Part shown: positions 1 to 11,299 of the stretch, piece by piece | Numbering within the stretch: the first letter of the stretch is position 1 | Layout of the letters: each line of letters starts with the position of its first letter | From: Alphaproteobacteria bacterium | GTDB taxonomy: Bacteria; Pseudomonadota; Alphaproteobacteria; CALKHQ01 | Direction: 5' to 3' | Length of the DNA stretch: 64,000 nucleotides | Assembly (NCBI GenBank): GCA_965227515.1 | Contig: CBDDFZ010000001.1 | Coordinates: forward strand, 1,984,001 to 2,048,000 | Program-made: the position numbers and the translations under genes | The notes under the pieces: model-generated | The model's input: only the letters and a program-made list of their open reading frames with translations | Databases searched by the model: none | Told to the model about the DNA's origin: nothing

Positions 1-639
1 CCCGCGCCACGTGGGGCCGGGGCGGCGGTGCATGCCGGGCTGCTGTCGTTCGAGCTGTCGCTGGCCAAGCGCCGGATGATCGTGAACTGCGGCGCGCGCC
101 CGGCCGGTGTGGATGCCTGGCAGCAGGCGCAACGCTCGACGGCGGCGCACTCCACCCTGGTGCTGGAGGACAGCAACGCCATCCCCGCCGGCGGGCGCCA
201 TTTCGTGGTGACCAGCGACTTGGTGGAACAGAACGGCGCCTGGCTGCTGGAGGCCGAGCACGCCGGCTATCTCACCCGCTTCGGGCTGGCCCATCGCCGC
301 CGGCTCTATGTCGCAGAGGATGGCGCGGATATTCGTGGCGAGGACAGCCTGCTGGTCCGCCGCGACACCGCGCCCGTCTCCGGCAAGCGCTTCGCGGTGC
401 GGTTCCACCTGCACCCGTCGGTCAGCGTCTCGCTGACCGGCGACGGCGCCACCGCCCTGATCCGCTTGCCCGACCGCAGCGGCTGGAAGTTCCAGGCCGC
501 CGGCTGCCACATGCAGATCGAACCCTCGATCTATCTCGGCGATGGCGACGCGCCGATCCGCTCCGAGCAGATCGTGCTTTCCGGCGTCACCGCCGACAGC
601 GGCGCCCAGGTCAAATGGGCGCTGCGCAAGGTGGGGTAG
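1..639 (+). CDS. Heparinase II/III-like family protein, C-terminal part (5' truncated by window edge)
   Basis: Frame open from base 1; motifs HAGLLSFELS, IVNCG, RSTAAHSTL, HRRRL, RFHLHP are typical of heparinase II/III-like proteins. Confidence 0.8.
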   Translation, partial: PAPRGAGAAVHAGLLSFELSLAKRRMIVNCGARPAGVDAWQQAQRSTAAHSTLVLEDSNAIPAGGRHFVVTSDLVEQNGAWLLEAEHAGYLTRFGLAHRRRLYVAEDGADIRGEDSLLVRRDTAPVSGKRFAVRFHLHPSVSVSLTGDGATALIRLPDRSGWKFQAAGCHMQIEPSIYLGDGDAPIRSEQIVLSGVTADSGAQVKWALRKVG

Positions 640-742
640 GGCATTCGGCCTTTTCGTTCGTCGCGAACGTCATCCGCGTCCTGGCGGCTGCTTGTTTCAC
701 GCATCTTGCGTGCAGTGGTGCGATCTTCGACAAATACATTCC

Positions 743-917
743 GTCGCCCTCGCCCTCTGTGGCGAGGGCCCATTTGCGGGGCGGTCCGAGCTCGTGCCGA
801 AGGAAGCTGGCAAATCATCCCGTCGCAACCAGCCGACGGCCAACTCAGATGCGACTGCCCCTCAACGTATTGAATTGTTGGACAAAAATGGGTCCTCGCC
901 ACAAGGGCGAGGACGAC
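743..917. repeat. Palindromic intergenic repeat (GTCGCCCTCGCC...GGCGAGGACGAC family)
   Basis: Hairpin CCCTCGCCCTCTGTGGCGAGGG at the left and an inverted partner ATGGGTCCTCGCCACAAGGGCGAGGACGAC at the right; near copy at 45864. Confidence 0.7.
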
Positions 918-960
918 ACTGGGAGAATTTGTTGAAGTTCGTCGGCTCTAATGAAACGGC

Positions 961-1980
961 TTGGCGATGACACCCTGGTGGCCATACGTGCTGGTGCCGC
1001 TGGTCGGGTTCGCGACGTGGTTTGCGACCGGGCGGCTGGTCGACGTGCTGGTCCGGCGGCAGATCCTCGACCGGCCCAACGAACGCTCGTCCCACGAGCA
1101 GCCGACCCCGCGCGGCGGCGGTCTGGCGGTGGTCGCGGTTCTGCTGCCCGCGCTGACCCTGGTGTGGATCGCCCGCGCCCCCGATGCGCTGGTCAGCTAC
1201 GCGGTGCCTTTGGCGATGCTGGCGCTGGCGGCGGTCTCCTGGCTCGACGACTTGCGGAGCCTCGGCGCGCCGGTGCGCCTTGCCGTGCACCTGGGCGCGA
1301 GTGCGGCGGCCTGTTTCGCGCTCCCCACCGAGCTGGCGCTGTTCGACGGCCTGCTGCCGCTGTGGCTGGACCGTGTGGTGTGCGCGTTCGCGCTGACGTA
1401 TTTCATCAACATTTTCAACTTCATGGACGGCATCGACGGTATCAGCGGCGTCGAGACGATGGCGATCGGTGTCGGCGTGTTCGCGGTGACCTCGGTCCTG
1501 ATCTGGCCGGGCGCGCCGGAGGGGCTGCTCGTGGCCGCAGCCGCGCTCGGCTTCCTGGGCTGGAACTGGCACCCGGCGAAGGTCTTCCTGGGCGATGTCG
1601 GCAGTGTGCCGCTGGGCTTCGTCACCGGCTGGATGTTGCTGCAACTGGCGCTGGCCGGGTTGTGGCTGCCGGCGCTGCTGCTGCCCGGCTACTACCTGGT
1701 CGACGCCACCTCGACGCTGATCCGCCGGCTGTTGCGCGGCGAGCGCATCTGGCAGGCGCACCGCGAGCACACCTACCAGCACGCCGTGCGCCACGGCATG
1801 AGCCACGCGGCGGTCAGCATCTGGGTCGGGCTGACCGGCATCGACCTCGTGATCTGCGCGGTGCTGGCGGTGGCGTGGCACTGGGCCGCCGGCCTGTTCC
1901 CCGCGCTGGTCGTGCTGGCGCTTTCCATCGCGCGGTTAAGGCTGGCGGGTAGGTCCAACGGCAAGACCGATATCAGCTAA
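961..1980 (+). CDS. Polyprenyl-phosphate HexNAc-1-P transferase (MraY/WecA-like glycosyltransferase family 4)
   Basis: DRPNERSSH, PTPRGGG, WLDD, NFMDGIDG, FLGDVGS and HREH motifs; multiple TM segments. Confidence 0.9.
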   Translation: MAMTPWWPYVLVPLVGFATWFATGRLVDVLVRRQILDRPNERSSHEQPTPRGGGLAVVAVLLPALTLVWIARAPDALVSYAVPLAMLALAAVSWLDDLRSLGAPVRLAVHLGASAAACFALPTELALFDGLLPLWLDRVVCAFALTYFINIFNFMDGIDGISGVETMAIGVGVFAVTSVLIWPGAPEGLLVAAAALGFLGWNWHPAKVFLGDVGSVPLGFVTGWMLLQLALAGLWLPALLLPGYYLVDATSTLIRRLLRGERIWQAHREHTYQHAVRHGMSHAAVSIWVGLTGIDLVICAVLAVAWHWAAGLFPALVVLALSIARLRLAGRSNGKTDIS

Positions 1981-1990
1981 ATACCAAACG

Positions 1991-2082
1991 CGTCATGCTC
2001 GGGCTTGACCCGAGCATCCACGAAAATGGCCGCACAAGCGGCCAACAAGACGTGGATGCCCGCAACAAGTGCGGGCATGACG
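1991..2082. repeat. Palindromic intergenic repeat (CGTCATGCNCGG..ATCCACG / CGTGGAT..CATGACG)
   Basis: Two hairpin arms in inverted orientation between convergent genes; related copies at 23336, 29437, 30231 and 42423. Confidence 0.8.
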
Positions 2083-2988
2083 TCACAAAATCTGGGAAAA
2101 CGCCGCCTCGCGGTAGCCCTGCAGGTACAACAGCGCGGTCAGGTCGCCGTGGTTGATGCGGGTCGAGGCGGCGGCGGCGACCACTGGCTTGGCGTGCCAG
2201 GCCACCCCACGGCCGACCGCCATCAGCATCGCGAGGTCGTTGGCGCCGTCGCCGACCGCCAGCGTGTCGCCGAGGCCGACACCGTACTCGCCGGCGAAGC
2301 GGAGGGCGGCGGAGACCTTGCCATCACGGTTGAGCACCGGTTCGATCACCCGGCCGGTCAGCCTGCCGTCGGCCGTTTCGAACCGGTTGGCCTCGAACCC
2401 ATCGAAGCCGGTGCGGTCCGCCACCAACTCCGCGAAGTCGACGAACCCGCCGGAGACAAGCGCGGTGCGCGCGCCATGCGCCTTCATGGTCGCGACAAGG
2501 GTCGCGGCGCCGGGGTTCAGCGTCACGGTGGCCAGGGTCTCGGCAATGGCCGTCACCGGCAGGCCTTCCAGCAGGCGCACCCGTGCCCGCAGCGCCTGCT
2601 TGAAGTCGAGCTCGCCGGCCATCGCCCGCGCGGTGATCTTCGACACCGCGTCCTTCACGCCGGCATGGGCGGCCAGCTCGTCCAGCGTCTCGTGCGGGAT
2701 GATGGTGGAGTCCATGTCGGCGATCAGCAGGCGCTTGGCGCGGCCCAGCGTGCCGACGATGTTGACGTCGACGGGCCGGCCGGCCAGCGCGGTCGCGATC
2801 CTGTCGGCCAGGCCGGGGGCGGGGGCGTGCACCGGAATGTCGCAGGCGAGGCCCTCGGCCAGCCAGACTGGCGTTCTGGCCGCCGCGCCGCACAGGCGCG
2901 CCACCTCCGCCACGGCGCTCTCATCGAGCACCGGGCGCTCTGCGGGGTTGCCGATCAGCGAGACGGTGTGGGAGCGTGTGTCCGTCAT
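2083..2988 (-). CDS. serB: Phosphoserine phosphatase
   Basis: HAD motifs ADMDSTII, LVSGGF, AVGDGANDL; start taken at ATG 2988 (MTDTRSH). Confidence 0.93.
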   Translation of the reverse strand: MTDTRSHTVSLIGNPAERPVLDESAVAEVARLCGAAARTPVWLAEGLACDIPVHAPAPGLADRIATALAGRPVDVNIVGTLGRAKRLLIADMDSTIIPHETLDELAAHAGVKDAVSKITARAMAGELDFKQALRARVRLLEGLPVTAIAETLATVTLNPGAATLVATMKAHGARTALVSGGFVDFAELVADRTGFDGFEANRFETADGRLTGRVIEPVLNRDGKVSAALRFAGEYGVGLGDTLAVGDGANDLAMLMAVGRGVAWHAKPVVAAAASTRINHGDLTALLYLQGYREAAFSQIL

Positions 2989-4063
2989 GGAAGGCGATCT
3001 GTCCACCGATGAAGGGAGCACTGACCCGGATACAGCTCCGGGTGCGGGCCATCGCGCGGTGGTTATCGCCGGCCCGACCGCCAGCGGCAAGTCCGCTCTG
3101 GCCCTGGCGGTGGCCGAGGCCTTCGACGGTATCGTCGTCAATGCCGACAGCATGCAGGTCTATCGCGACCTGAAGGTGCTGACCGCCCGTCCGGGCAAGG
3201 ATGAGACCGGGCGCGTGCCGCACTGCCTGTATGGCGTCATCGACGGTGCCCAGCGCTGCTCGGTCGCCCGCTGGCTGCGGTTGGCGGTGCGCGAGGTGGA
3301 GAAGATCACCGACGATGGCAGGCTGCCGGTGTTCGCCGGCGGCACCGGGCTCTACATCGACGCGCTGATCAACGGCCTGAGCGCGATTCCCGACATCGAC
3401 CCCGAGATCCTCGACGCCGCCACCCGGTCCTACGACGCCCAGGGCGGGCCGGCATTCCATGCCGCCCTGATGGCGGACGACCCGGAAACGGCGGCGCGGC
3501 TGGAGCCGGGCGACCGGCAGCGCCTGCTCCGCGCGCGCAGCGTGCTCGACGGGACCGGGCGCGGGCTGTCCGACTGGCATGCCGAAGGACGGACGCCGCC
3601 GACCGGGCTCGATTTCCACGTCGTCCAACTGTCGCCGCCGCGCGACCAGCTCTATCGGCGCTGCGATGCGCGGGTCGAGGCCATGATCGACGCGGGCGCC
3701 CTGGACGAGGTCGCCAAGCTGTGTGCCCGCGGGCTCGATCCGGACCTGCCGGTGATGAAGGCGATCGGCGTGCCGGAGTTCGCCGCGTACCTGGCCGGCG
3801 CCACACCTTTGGAGGACGCGATTGCCGCAGTGCAGCAGGCCACACGGCGCTATGCCAAGCGTCAGATGACGTGGCTTCGCAATCAGATAATTTCAAACCA
3901 GGTCGTTGAAGTGTTATTTTCTGAAAGCCTGATCGATGAAATCTTTATAAAAATTCGCGCTTGGGGGTTGACGCCACGCGGCGATGGCGATATCGATCCG
4001 CTCGACGCACACTCCGGCTCTTCGCAATTGCACAATTCAACGCACAATTCGGGCCAGGATTAG
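2987..4063 (+). CDS. miaA: tRNA dimethylallyltransferase
   Basis: GPTASGKS, NADSMQVY, GGTGLY, TRRYAKRQMTW; start uncertain (ATG 2987 or a downstream GTG). Confidence 0.95.
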   Translation: MEGDLSTDEGSTDPDTAPGAGHRAVVIAGPTASGKSALALAVAEAFDGIVVNADSMQVYRDLKVLTARPGKDETGRVPHCLYGVIDGAQRCSVARWLRLAVREVEKITDDGRLPVFAGGTGLYIDALINGLSAIPDIDPEILDAATRSYDAQGGPAFHAALMADDPETAARLEPGDRQRLLRARSVLDGTGRGLSDWHAEGRTPPTGLDFHVVQLSPPRDQLYRRCDARVEAMIDAGALDEVAKLCARGLDPDLPVMKAIGVPEFAAYLAGATPLEDAIAAVQQATRRYAKRQMTWLRNQIISNQVVEVLFSESLIDEIFIKIRAWGLTPRGDGDIDPLDAHSGSSQLHNSTHNSGQD

Positions 4064-4131
4064 GGGGCACATCCTCGTGGCCTCGCGCGGCCTGAGCTGC
4101 AAGAACAGAACACCTGACGGGACGACCTGAG

Positions 4132-4578
4132 ATGAACATGACCTCGATTGGATTGGCCGCGGCCCTGGCCTGCGCCACCGCGCTCGCCGGCTGCCAGTCC
4201 ACCGACAGCACGACCACCGAGACTGCAGAGACCCAGGACGTCTCGCACAATGTCGGCGGCGTGGTCACGGCGACCGGCATGTTCTCGGGCCTGAGCGACC
4301 ATGTGGTCACCGGCACCGCCTCGGTATTCTGGGTGGACGAGCGCTGGGTGGTGAGCCTCGGCTCCGACTTCGAGCTCGACGGCGCGCCGGATCCGATCGT
4401 CGGCCTCGGCAACAACGGCTACATCCCGGAAGCCAAGCTCGGCCCGCTGACGGCGGAGAGCGGCGCGCAGACCTACACCCTGCCAGCCGAACTGGATATC
4501 GGCGACTACCTGCAGGTCTACATCTGGTGCGAGGAGTTCAACGTGCCGTTGGGTGTAGCCGAGCTGACCCTACTGTAG
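4132..4578 (+). CDS. DM13-domain lipoprotein
   Basis: Lipobox LAGC; DGAPDP, GAQTY and VYIWCEEFNVPLG match the DM13 pattern. Confidence 0.8.
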   Translation: MNMTSIGLAAALACATALAGCQSTDSTTTETAETQDVSHNVGGVVTATGMFSGLSDHVVTGTASVFWVDERWVVSLGSDFELDGAPDPIVGLGNNGYIPEAKLGPLTAESGAQTYTLPAELDIGDYLQVYIWCEEFNVPLGVAELTLL

Positions 4579-4640
4579 GGGTCGGCGCACCGGTGAGTTA
4601 GACGCCTGCCGCCGGCGCGGCAGTTTTCAACACGTTTTTC

Positions 4641-6476
4641 ATGAGCGGACCAATGACGACATCCACCGCGCAATCGGATGCGCAAACCGATACGAATGCC
4701 CCGAACGACGGTCAGGGCGACAACCGCATGACCGGTGCCGAGATGGTGCTGCGCGCGCTGGTGGACCAGGGCGTGGACACGGTATTCGGCTATCCGGGCG
4801 GCGCGGTGCTGCCGATCTATGACGCGCTGTTCAAGCAAAACTCGGTGCGCCACATCCTGGTCCGTCACGAACAGGCTGCCGTGCACGCGGCCGAGGGCTA
4901 TGCGCGCTCCACCGGCAAGGTCGGCGTCGTGCTGGTCACCTCCGGCCCCGGCGCCACCAACGCAGTCACCGGGCTGACCGACGCGCTGATGGACAGCGTG
5001 CCGATCGTCTGCCTGACCGGGCAGGTGCCGACCCACCTGATCGGCAACGACGCGTTCCAGGAGTGCGACACCACCGGCATCACCCGGCCGTGCACCAAGC
5101 ACAACTACCTGGTGAAGGACGTCGACCGGCTGTCGCATACCATCCACGAGGCGTTCTATGTCGCCTCCCACGGCCGGCCCGGCCCGGTGGTGGTCGACCT
5201 GCCGAAGGACGTGCAGTTCGCGTCGGGCACCTACAAGGGCCCGGAAGATGCCGCCCACCGCAGCTATCGCCCGCAGGTCGAGGGCGATGCCAGCGCGCTG
5301 GATGCCGCGTTCGAGCTGATCGCCAATGCCAAGCGGCCGATCTTCTACATCGGCGGCGGCACCGTGAACGCCGGCCTGGAAGCCTGCGCGACGGTGACCG
5401 AGCTGGTCCGCGCCACCGGCTATCCGGCGACGATGACGCTGATGGGGTTGGGCGCGTTCCCGGCCTCCGACAAGCTGTCGCTCGGCATGCTGGGCATGCA
5501 CGGCACCTACGAGGCCAATCTGGCCATGCACCATTGCGACGTGATGGTGGCGGTCGGCTCGCGCTTCGACGACCGGGTGACCGGCCGGCTGGACGCGTTC
5601 GCGCCGGGCTCGAAGAAGATCCACATCGACATCGACCCCTCGTCGATCAACAAGAACGTTGCCGTCGACGTGCCGGTGATCGGCGACGTCGGGGCGGTCG
5701 CCAAGGCGCTGCTGCAGCGCTGGAAGAAGCGCAAGCCGAAGGTCGACAAGGCGGCGCTGGCCGATTGGTGGGGCCGCATCGACCAGTGGCGCGCGGTGGA
5801 CTGCCTGCGCTTCGACCAGTCGGGCGACGTGATCAAGCCGCAATACGCCATCCAGCGCCTGTACGAGCTGACCAAGGACCGCGAGACCTTCATCACCACC
5901 GAGGTCGGCCAGCACCAGATGTGGGCGGCCCAGTTCTTCAAGTTCGAAAGCCCCTGCCACTGGATGACCTCGGGCGGACTCGGCACCATGGGTTATGGCC
6001 TGCCGGCGGCGATGGGCGTGCAATTGGCCCATCCGGACGCCTTGGTGGTCGATATCGCCGGCGAGGCGTCGATCCTGATGAATATCCAGGAGATGTCGAC
6101 GCTGGGCCAGTACAAGCTGCCGGTGAAGGTGTTCATCCTGAACAACGAGTACATGGGCATGGTGCGCCAGTGGCAGGAACTGCTGCACGGCGGCCGCTAC
6201 TCGGAAAGCTATTCGTCGTCGCTGCCGGACTTCGTGAAGCTGGCGGATGCGTTCGGCGGGGTCGGGCTGCGCGCGACCAAGGCCGACGAGGTCGACAGCG
6301 TGATCAAGGAGATGCTGGCCATCGACCGGCCGGTCATTGTCGACATGGTGGTCGACAAGGCGGAGAACTGCTTCCCGATGATCCCGTCCGGCGCGGCCCA
6401 CAACGAGATGCTGCTGGGCCCGAACGGCGATAAGGACGAGCAGACGGTATCCGAGGACGGCATGGTGCTCGTATAG
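4641..6476 (+). CDS. ilvI: Acetolactate synthase large subunit
   Basis: FGYPGGAVL, RHEQAA, TSGPGATN, GEAS..NN ThDP-binding motif; start may be slightly downstream. Confidence 0.96.
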   Translation: MSGPMTTSTAQSDAQTDTNAPNDGQGDNRMTGAEMVLRALVDQGVDTVFGYPGGAVLPIYDALFKQNSVRHILVRHEQAAVHAAEGYARSTGKVGVVLVTSGPGATNAVTGLTDALMDSVPIVCLTGQVPTHLIGNDAFQECDTTGITRPCTKHNYLVKDVDRLSHTIHEAFYVASHGRPGPVVVDLPKDVQFASGTYKGPEDAAHRSYRPQVEGDASALDAAFELIANAKRPIFYIGGGTVNAGLEACATVTELVRATGYPATMTLMGLGAFPASDKLSLGMLGMHGTYEANLAMHHCDVMVAVGSRFDDRVTGRLDAFAPGSKKIHIDIDPSSINKNVAVDVPVIGDVGAVAKALLQRWKKRKPKVDKAALADWWGRIDQWRAVDCLRFDQSGDVIKPQYAIQRLYELTKDRETFITTEVGQHQMWAAQFFKFESPCHWMTSGGLGTMGYGLPAAMGVQLAHPDALVVDIAGEASILMNIQEMSTLGQYKLPVKVFILNNEYMGMVRQWQELLHGGRYSESYSSSLPDFVKLADAFGGVGLRATKADEVDSVIKEMLAIDRPVIVDMVVDKAENCFPMIPSGAAHNEMLLGPNGDKDEQTVSEDGMVLV

Positions 6477-6554
6477 GCCCCGACCACGGGCCCCGAACCT
6501 TCTCGGGGCCCGCTCTGACCGTTCCTTGTCCCATCAGATCGAAGTGCGAATACC

Positions 6555-7079
6555 GTGACCGACGCAACCGACCCATCCATTGAAAGCCATACGTTCGCCG
6601 TCATCGTCGACAACGAGCCGGGCGTGCTCGCCCGTGTGATCGGCCTGTTCTCCGGCCGCGGCTACAACATCGACAGCCTGACCGTCGCCGCGGTGCAGGA
6701 GGACGACGCCGTATCGCGGATCACGCTGGTGACGTCGGGCACGCCGATGATCATCGAGCAGATCAAGGCCCAGCTCGCGCGCCTGGTGCCGGTCCGCGAG
6801 GTGCGCGACCTGACCGAGGAGGGGGAGTTCGTCGCCCACGAAGTGGCGCTGATCAAGGTGCGGGCGACGGGCGCGGAACGCCGCGAGAGCCTGCGCATCG
6901 CCGACATCTTCAAGGCAACCGTCTCCGACACCACGCTGGACTCGTTCGTGTTCTGCCTGACCGGCAATGCGGAGACCGTGGACAGCTTCATCGCGCTGAT
7001 GGACGCGCTGGGCGACATCGAGGTCGCGCGCTCCGGCGTGGTCGCCATCAGCCGCGGCAACGTCGTGGCCAAGCTCTAG
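6555..7079 (+). CDS. ilvH: Acetolactate synthase small regulatory subunit
   Basis: DNEPGVLARVIGLFSGRGYNIDSL ACT domain; follows the large subunit. Confidence 0.95.
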   Translation: MTDATDPSIESHTFAVIVDNEPGVLARVIGLFSGRGYNIDSLTVAAVQEDDAVSRITLVTSGTPMIIEQIKAQLARLVPVREVRDLTEEGEFVAHEVALIKVRATGAERRESLRIADIFKATVSDTTLDSFVFCLTGNAETVDSFIALMDALGDIEVARSGVVAISRGNVVAKL

Positions 7080-7141
7080 GCCACAGCCTGCCCATTCTCT
7101 GTCATTTCACGGAAACACTCGCCTCGCCGGCAACGAAATGA

Positions 7142-8254
<1,113 letters not shown>

Positions 8255-8353
8255 GCTTATTCGTTGCCGGCCGGTCGCCGTAGGCGCCGGCCGCACGTCC
8301 GGCGGGTGCAACGGGTTCGCGCTGTTGCGTTAGCCTGCGCCCGGTCCGGATGA

Positions 8354-9427
<1,074 letters not shown>

Positions 9428-9682
9428 GATGTGTTCGACTCAGTCGGCCGGCGCCGCGCTCAGCGTAAGCTGAGCCAGACCACGCCCACATTTCGGTCGC
9501 AAAAAACGGCCAAGTCGTTATTCTGTCGCCCAATTCAGGCGGCGTTTGGGGTGATGGGCCGGCACGGCGGGCATGCGGATATGCCTGCTGCCGGACAACG
9601 GCGCAGTGGCCTCATGTCCGTTGGCAAGACGTCCACGGATGCGATGACCACCTGCGCGTGACCGTCGGAGCAATCGAGCACG

Positions 9683-10690
9683 ATGGCAAAACTGCAGCGC
9701 ACGCTGACACTCGCCAAGGTCGCCTTGCCGGTCAAGGTCTGGCTGCAGCGCTTTGCCGTGGTCAGCTTCGTCACCCTGGCGCTGGGCGTGATGCTGCTGG
9801 GCAAGGTCAACACCTCCCTGGTTGAAAGCGCGCGGGTATCGGTGACCGATGCGTTCGCGCCGATCCTGGACGTGGCGGCGGAACCGGCCCAGGGCGTTGC
9901 CGACTTCATGGAGGGGCTGACCGAACTCGCGGTGCTGCGCGAGGAAAACCAGCGCCTGCGCGAGGAGAATCAGCGGCTGCTGGAGTGGGAGCGCACCGCC
10001 CGCGCGCTGGAGGCGCAGAACCAGGCGCTGCGGGAACTGACGAGCTTCCTGGATGTGCCCGCCGCGTCCCAGATCGCGGCGCGGATCATCACCGACGGCG
10101 GCGGGGTCTATGTCCGCAGCCTGCTGATCGCTGCCGGCACCGCGCAAGGCGTTGCCAAGGGCCAGGCGGTGGTGACCGGCGCGGGCCTGGTGGGGCGTAT
10201 CTCGGAGGTGGGCCAGCGCGCCGCCCGCGTTCTGCTGGTCACCGACCTGAACTCCCGCATCCCGGTGCGAATCGAGCGCACCCGCGACCGGGCCATCCTG
10301 GTCGGCGACAATACCGACCGGCCGCTGCTGCAGTACCTGCGCACCTCCGAGGAGGTGGCGCCGGGCGACCGCATCGTCACGTCGGGCGATGCCGGCGTGT
10401 TCCCGTCGGGCATCGCGGTCGGCGAAGTGGTGGCGGTGACCGACGGCATCATCCGGGTGCAGCCGTTCATCGACTGGGACCGGTTGGAGTACGTCCGCGT
10501 GCTCGACTACGCGCTGCCGGAAGTGCTGGAGCAGTTCCTCGCCGAGTCCGAGGCGCGGGAGGGTGGGGCGGCGGCGCCGCTCGGCCTGCCGATGCCGGAT
10601 GTGGAGGCCGAGGGACCGCCGAACGTGGCGCCGGACCCGCCCGCCGATGCGGGCGCGGACCCGGATGCCGAGGTGGAGAACGCGCAATGA
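9683..10690 (+). CDS. mreC: Rod shape-determining protein MreC
   Basis: N-terminal TM, coiled coil (LREENQRL), GLVGRI, VTSG..GVFPSG; position in the mre cluster. Confidence 0.95.
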   Translation: MAKLQRTLTLAKVALPVKVWLQRFAVVSFVTLALGVMLLGKVNTSLVESARVSVTDAFAPILDVAAEPAQGVADFMEGLTELAVLREENQRLREENQRLLEWERTARALEAQNQALRELTSFLDVPAASQIAARIITDGGGVYVRSLLIAAGTAQGVAKGQAVVTGAGLVGRISEVGQRAARVLLVTDLNSRIPVRIERTRDRAILVGDNTDRPLLQYLRTSEEVAPGDRIVTSGDAGVFPSGIAVGEVVAVTDGIIRVQPFIDWDRLEYVRVLDYALPEVLEQFLAESEAREGGAAAPLGLPMPDVEAEGPPNVAPDPPADAGADPDAEVENAQ

Positions 10691-10720
10691 GCGCGTGCCG
10701 CTAATGGTCCGGGGGCGATA

Positions 10721-11254
10721 ATGGCGCGGGGCCGGGGAGACATCGTTCAGCGCGGGCTGCACCGCTTCGACGAGGCGGTGCGCCAGACGATTCCGTTCGC
10801 CATCACCATGACGCTGTTGCTGGCGACGACATTGCCCTCGCCGGTGCCGTTCCTGGACGACATCGGCCCGGCCTGGGTGCTGATCGCGATCTTTCACTGG
10901 AGTGTGCGCCGGCCCGACCACATGCCGCTGACGGCCGTGTTTGTGCTCGGCATTCTGCAAGACCTGCTGCTCGGTTATCCGGTCGGTCCGAGTGCGCTGG
11001 TCTACGTGCTGATCCGCGCCAACGCGGCGCATCTGGCGGAATGGGCGGGCGGCCGGGGCATGGCCCGGATGTGGTGGATGTTCTGCGTCACCGCCGTGAT
11101 CGCCTGCACGGTGCATTGGCTGCTGGTGGTGATCCTGATGATGCAGTGGATTCCGCCGGTGCCGGCGCTGCTGCAATTGATGATGACGGTGGCGATCTAT
11201 CCAGTGGTCGGCTGGGTGCTGTCCCAGCTGCAGCGGGTCTTGACCCCGAACTAG
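10721..11254 (+). CDS. mreD: Rod shape-determining protein MreD
   Basis: Hydrophobic 177-aa protein with FVLGILQDLLLG between mreC and mrdA. Confidence 0.9.
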   Translation: MARGRGDIVQRGLHRFDEAVRQTIPFAITMTLLLATTLPSPVPFLDDIGPAWVLIAIFHWSVRRPDHMPLTAVFVLGILQDLLLGYPVGPSALVYVLIRANAAHLAEWAGGRGMARMWWMFCVTAVIACTVHWLLVVILMMQWIPPVPALLQLMMTVAIYPVVGWVLSQLQRVLTPN

Positions 11255-11299
11255 CGCGGGAAGAATGTGGTGGCCGACATGACGATGGGGCGGTGAGAC

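Noticed and set aside
9428-9682. Small ORF or sRNA in the long mreB-mreC gap
   Set aside because: No RBS-supported ORF, terminator or convincing structure recognised
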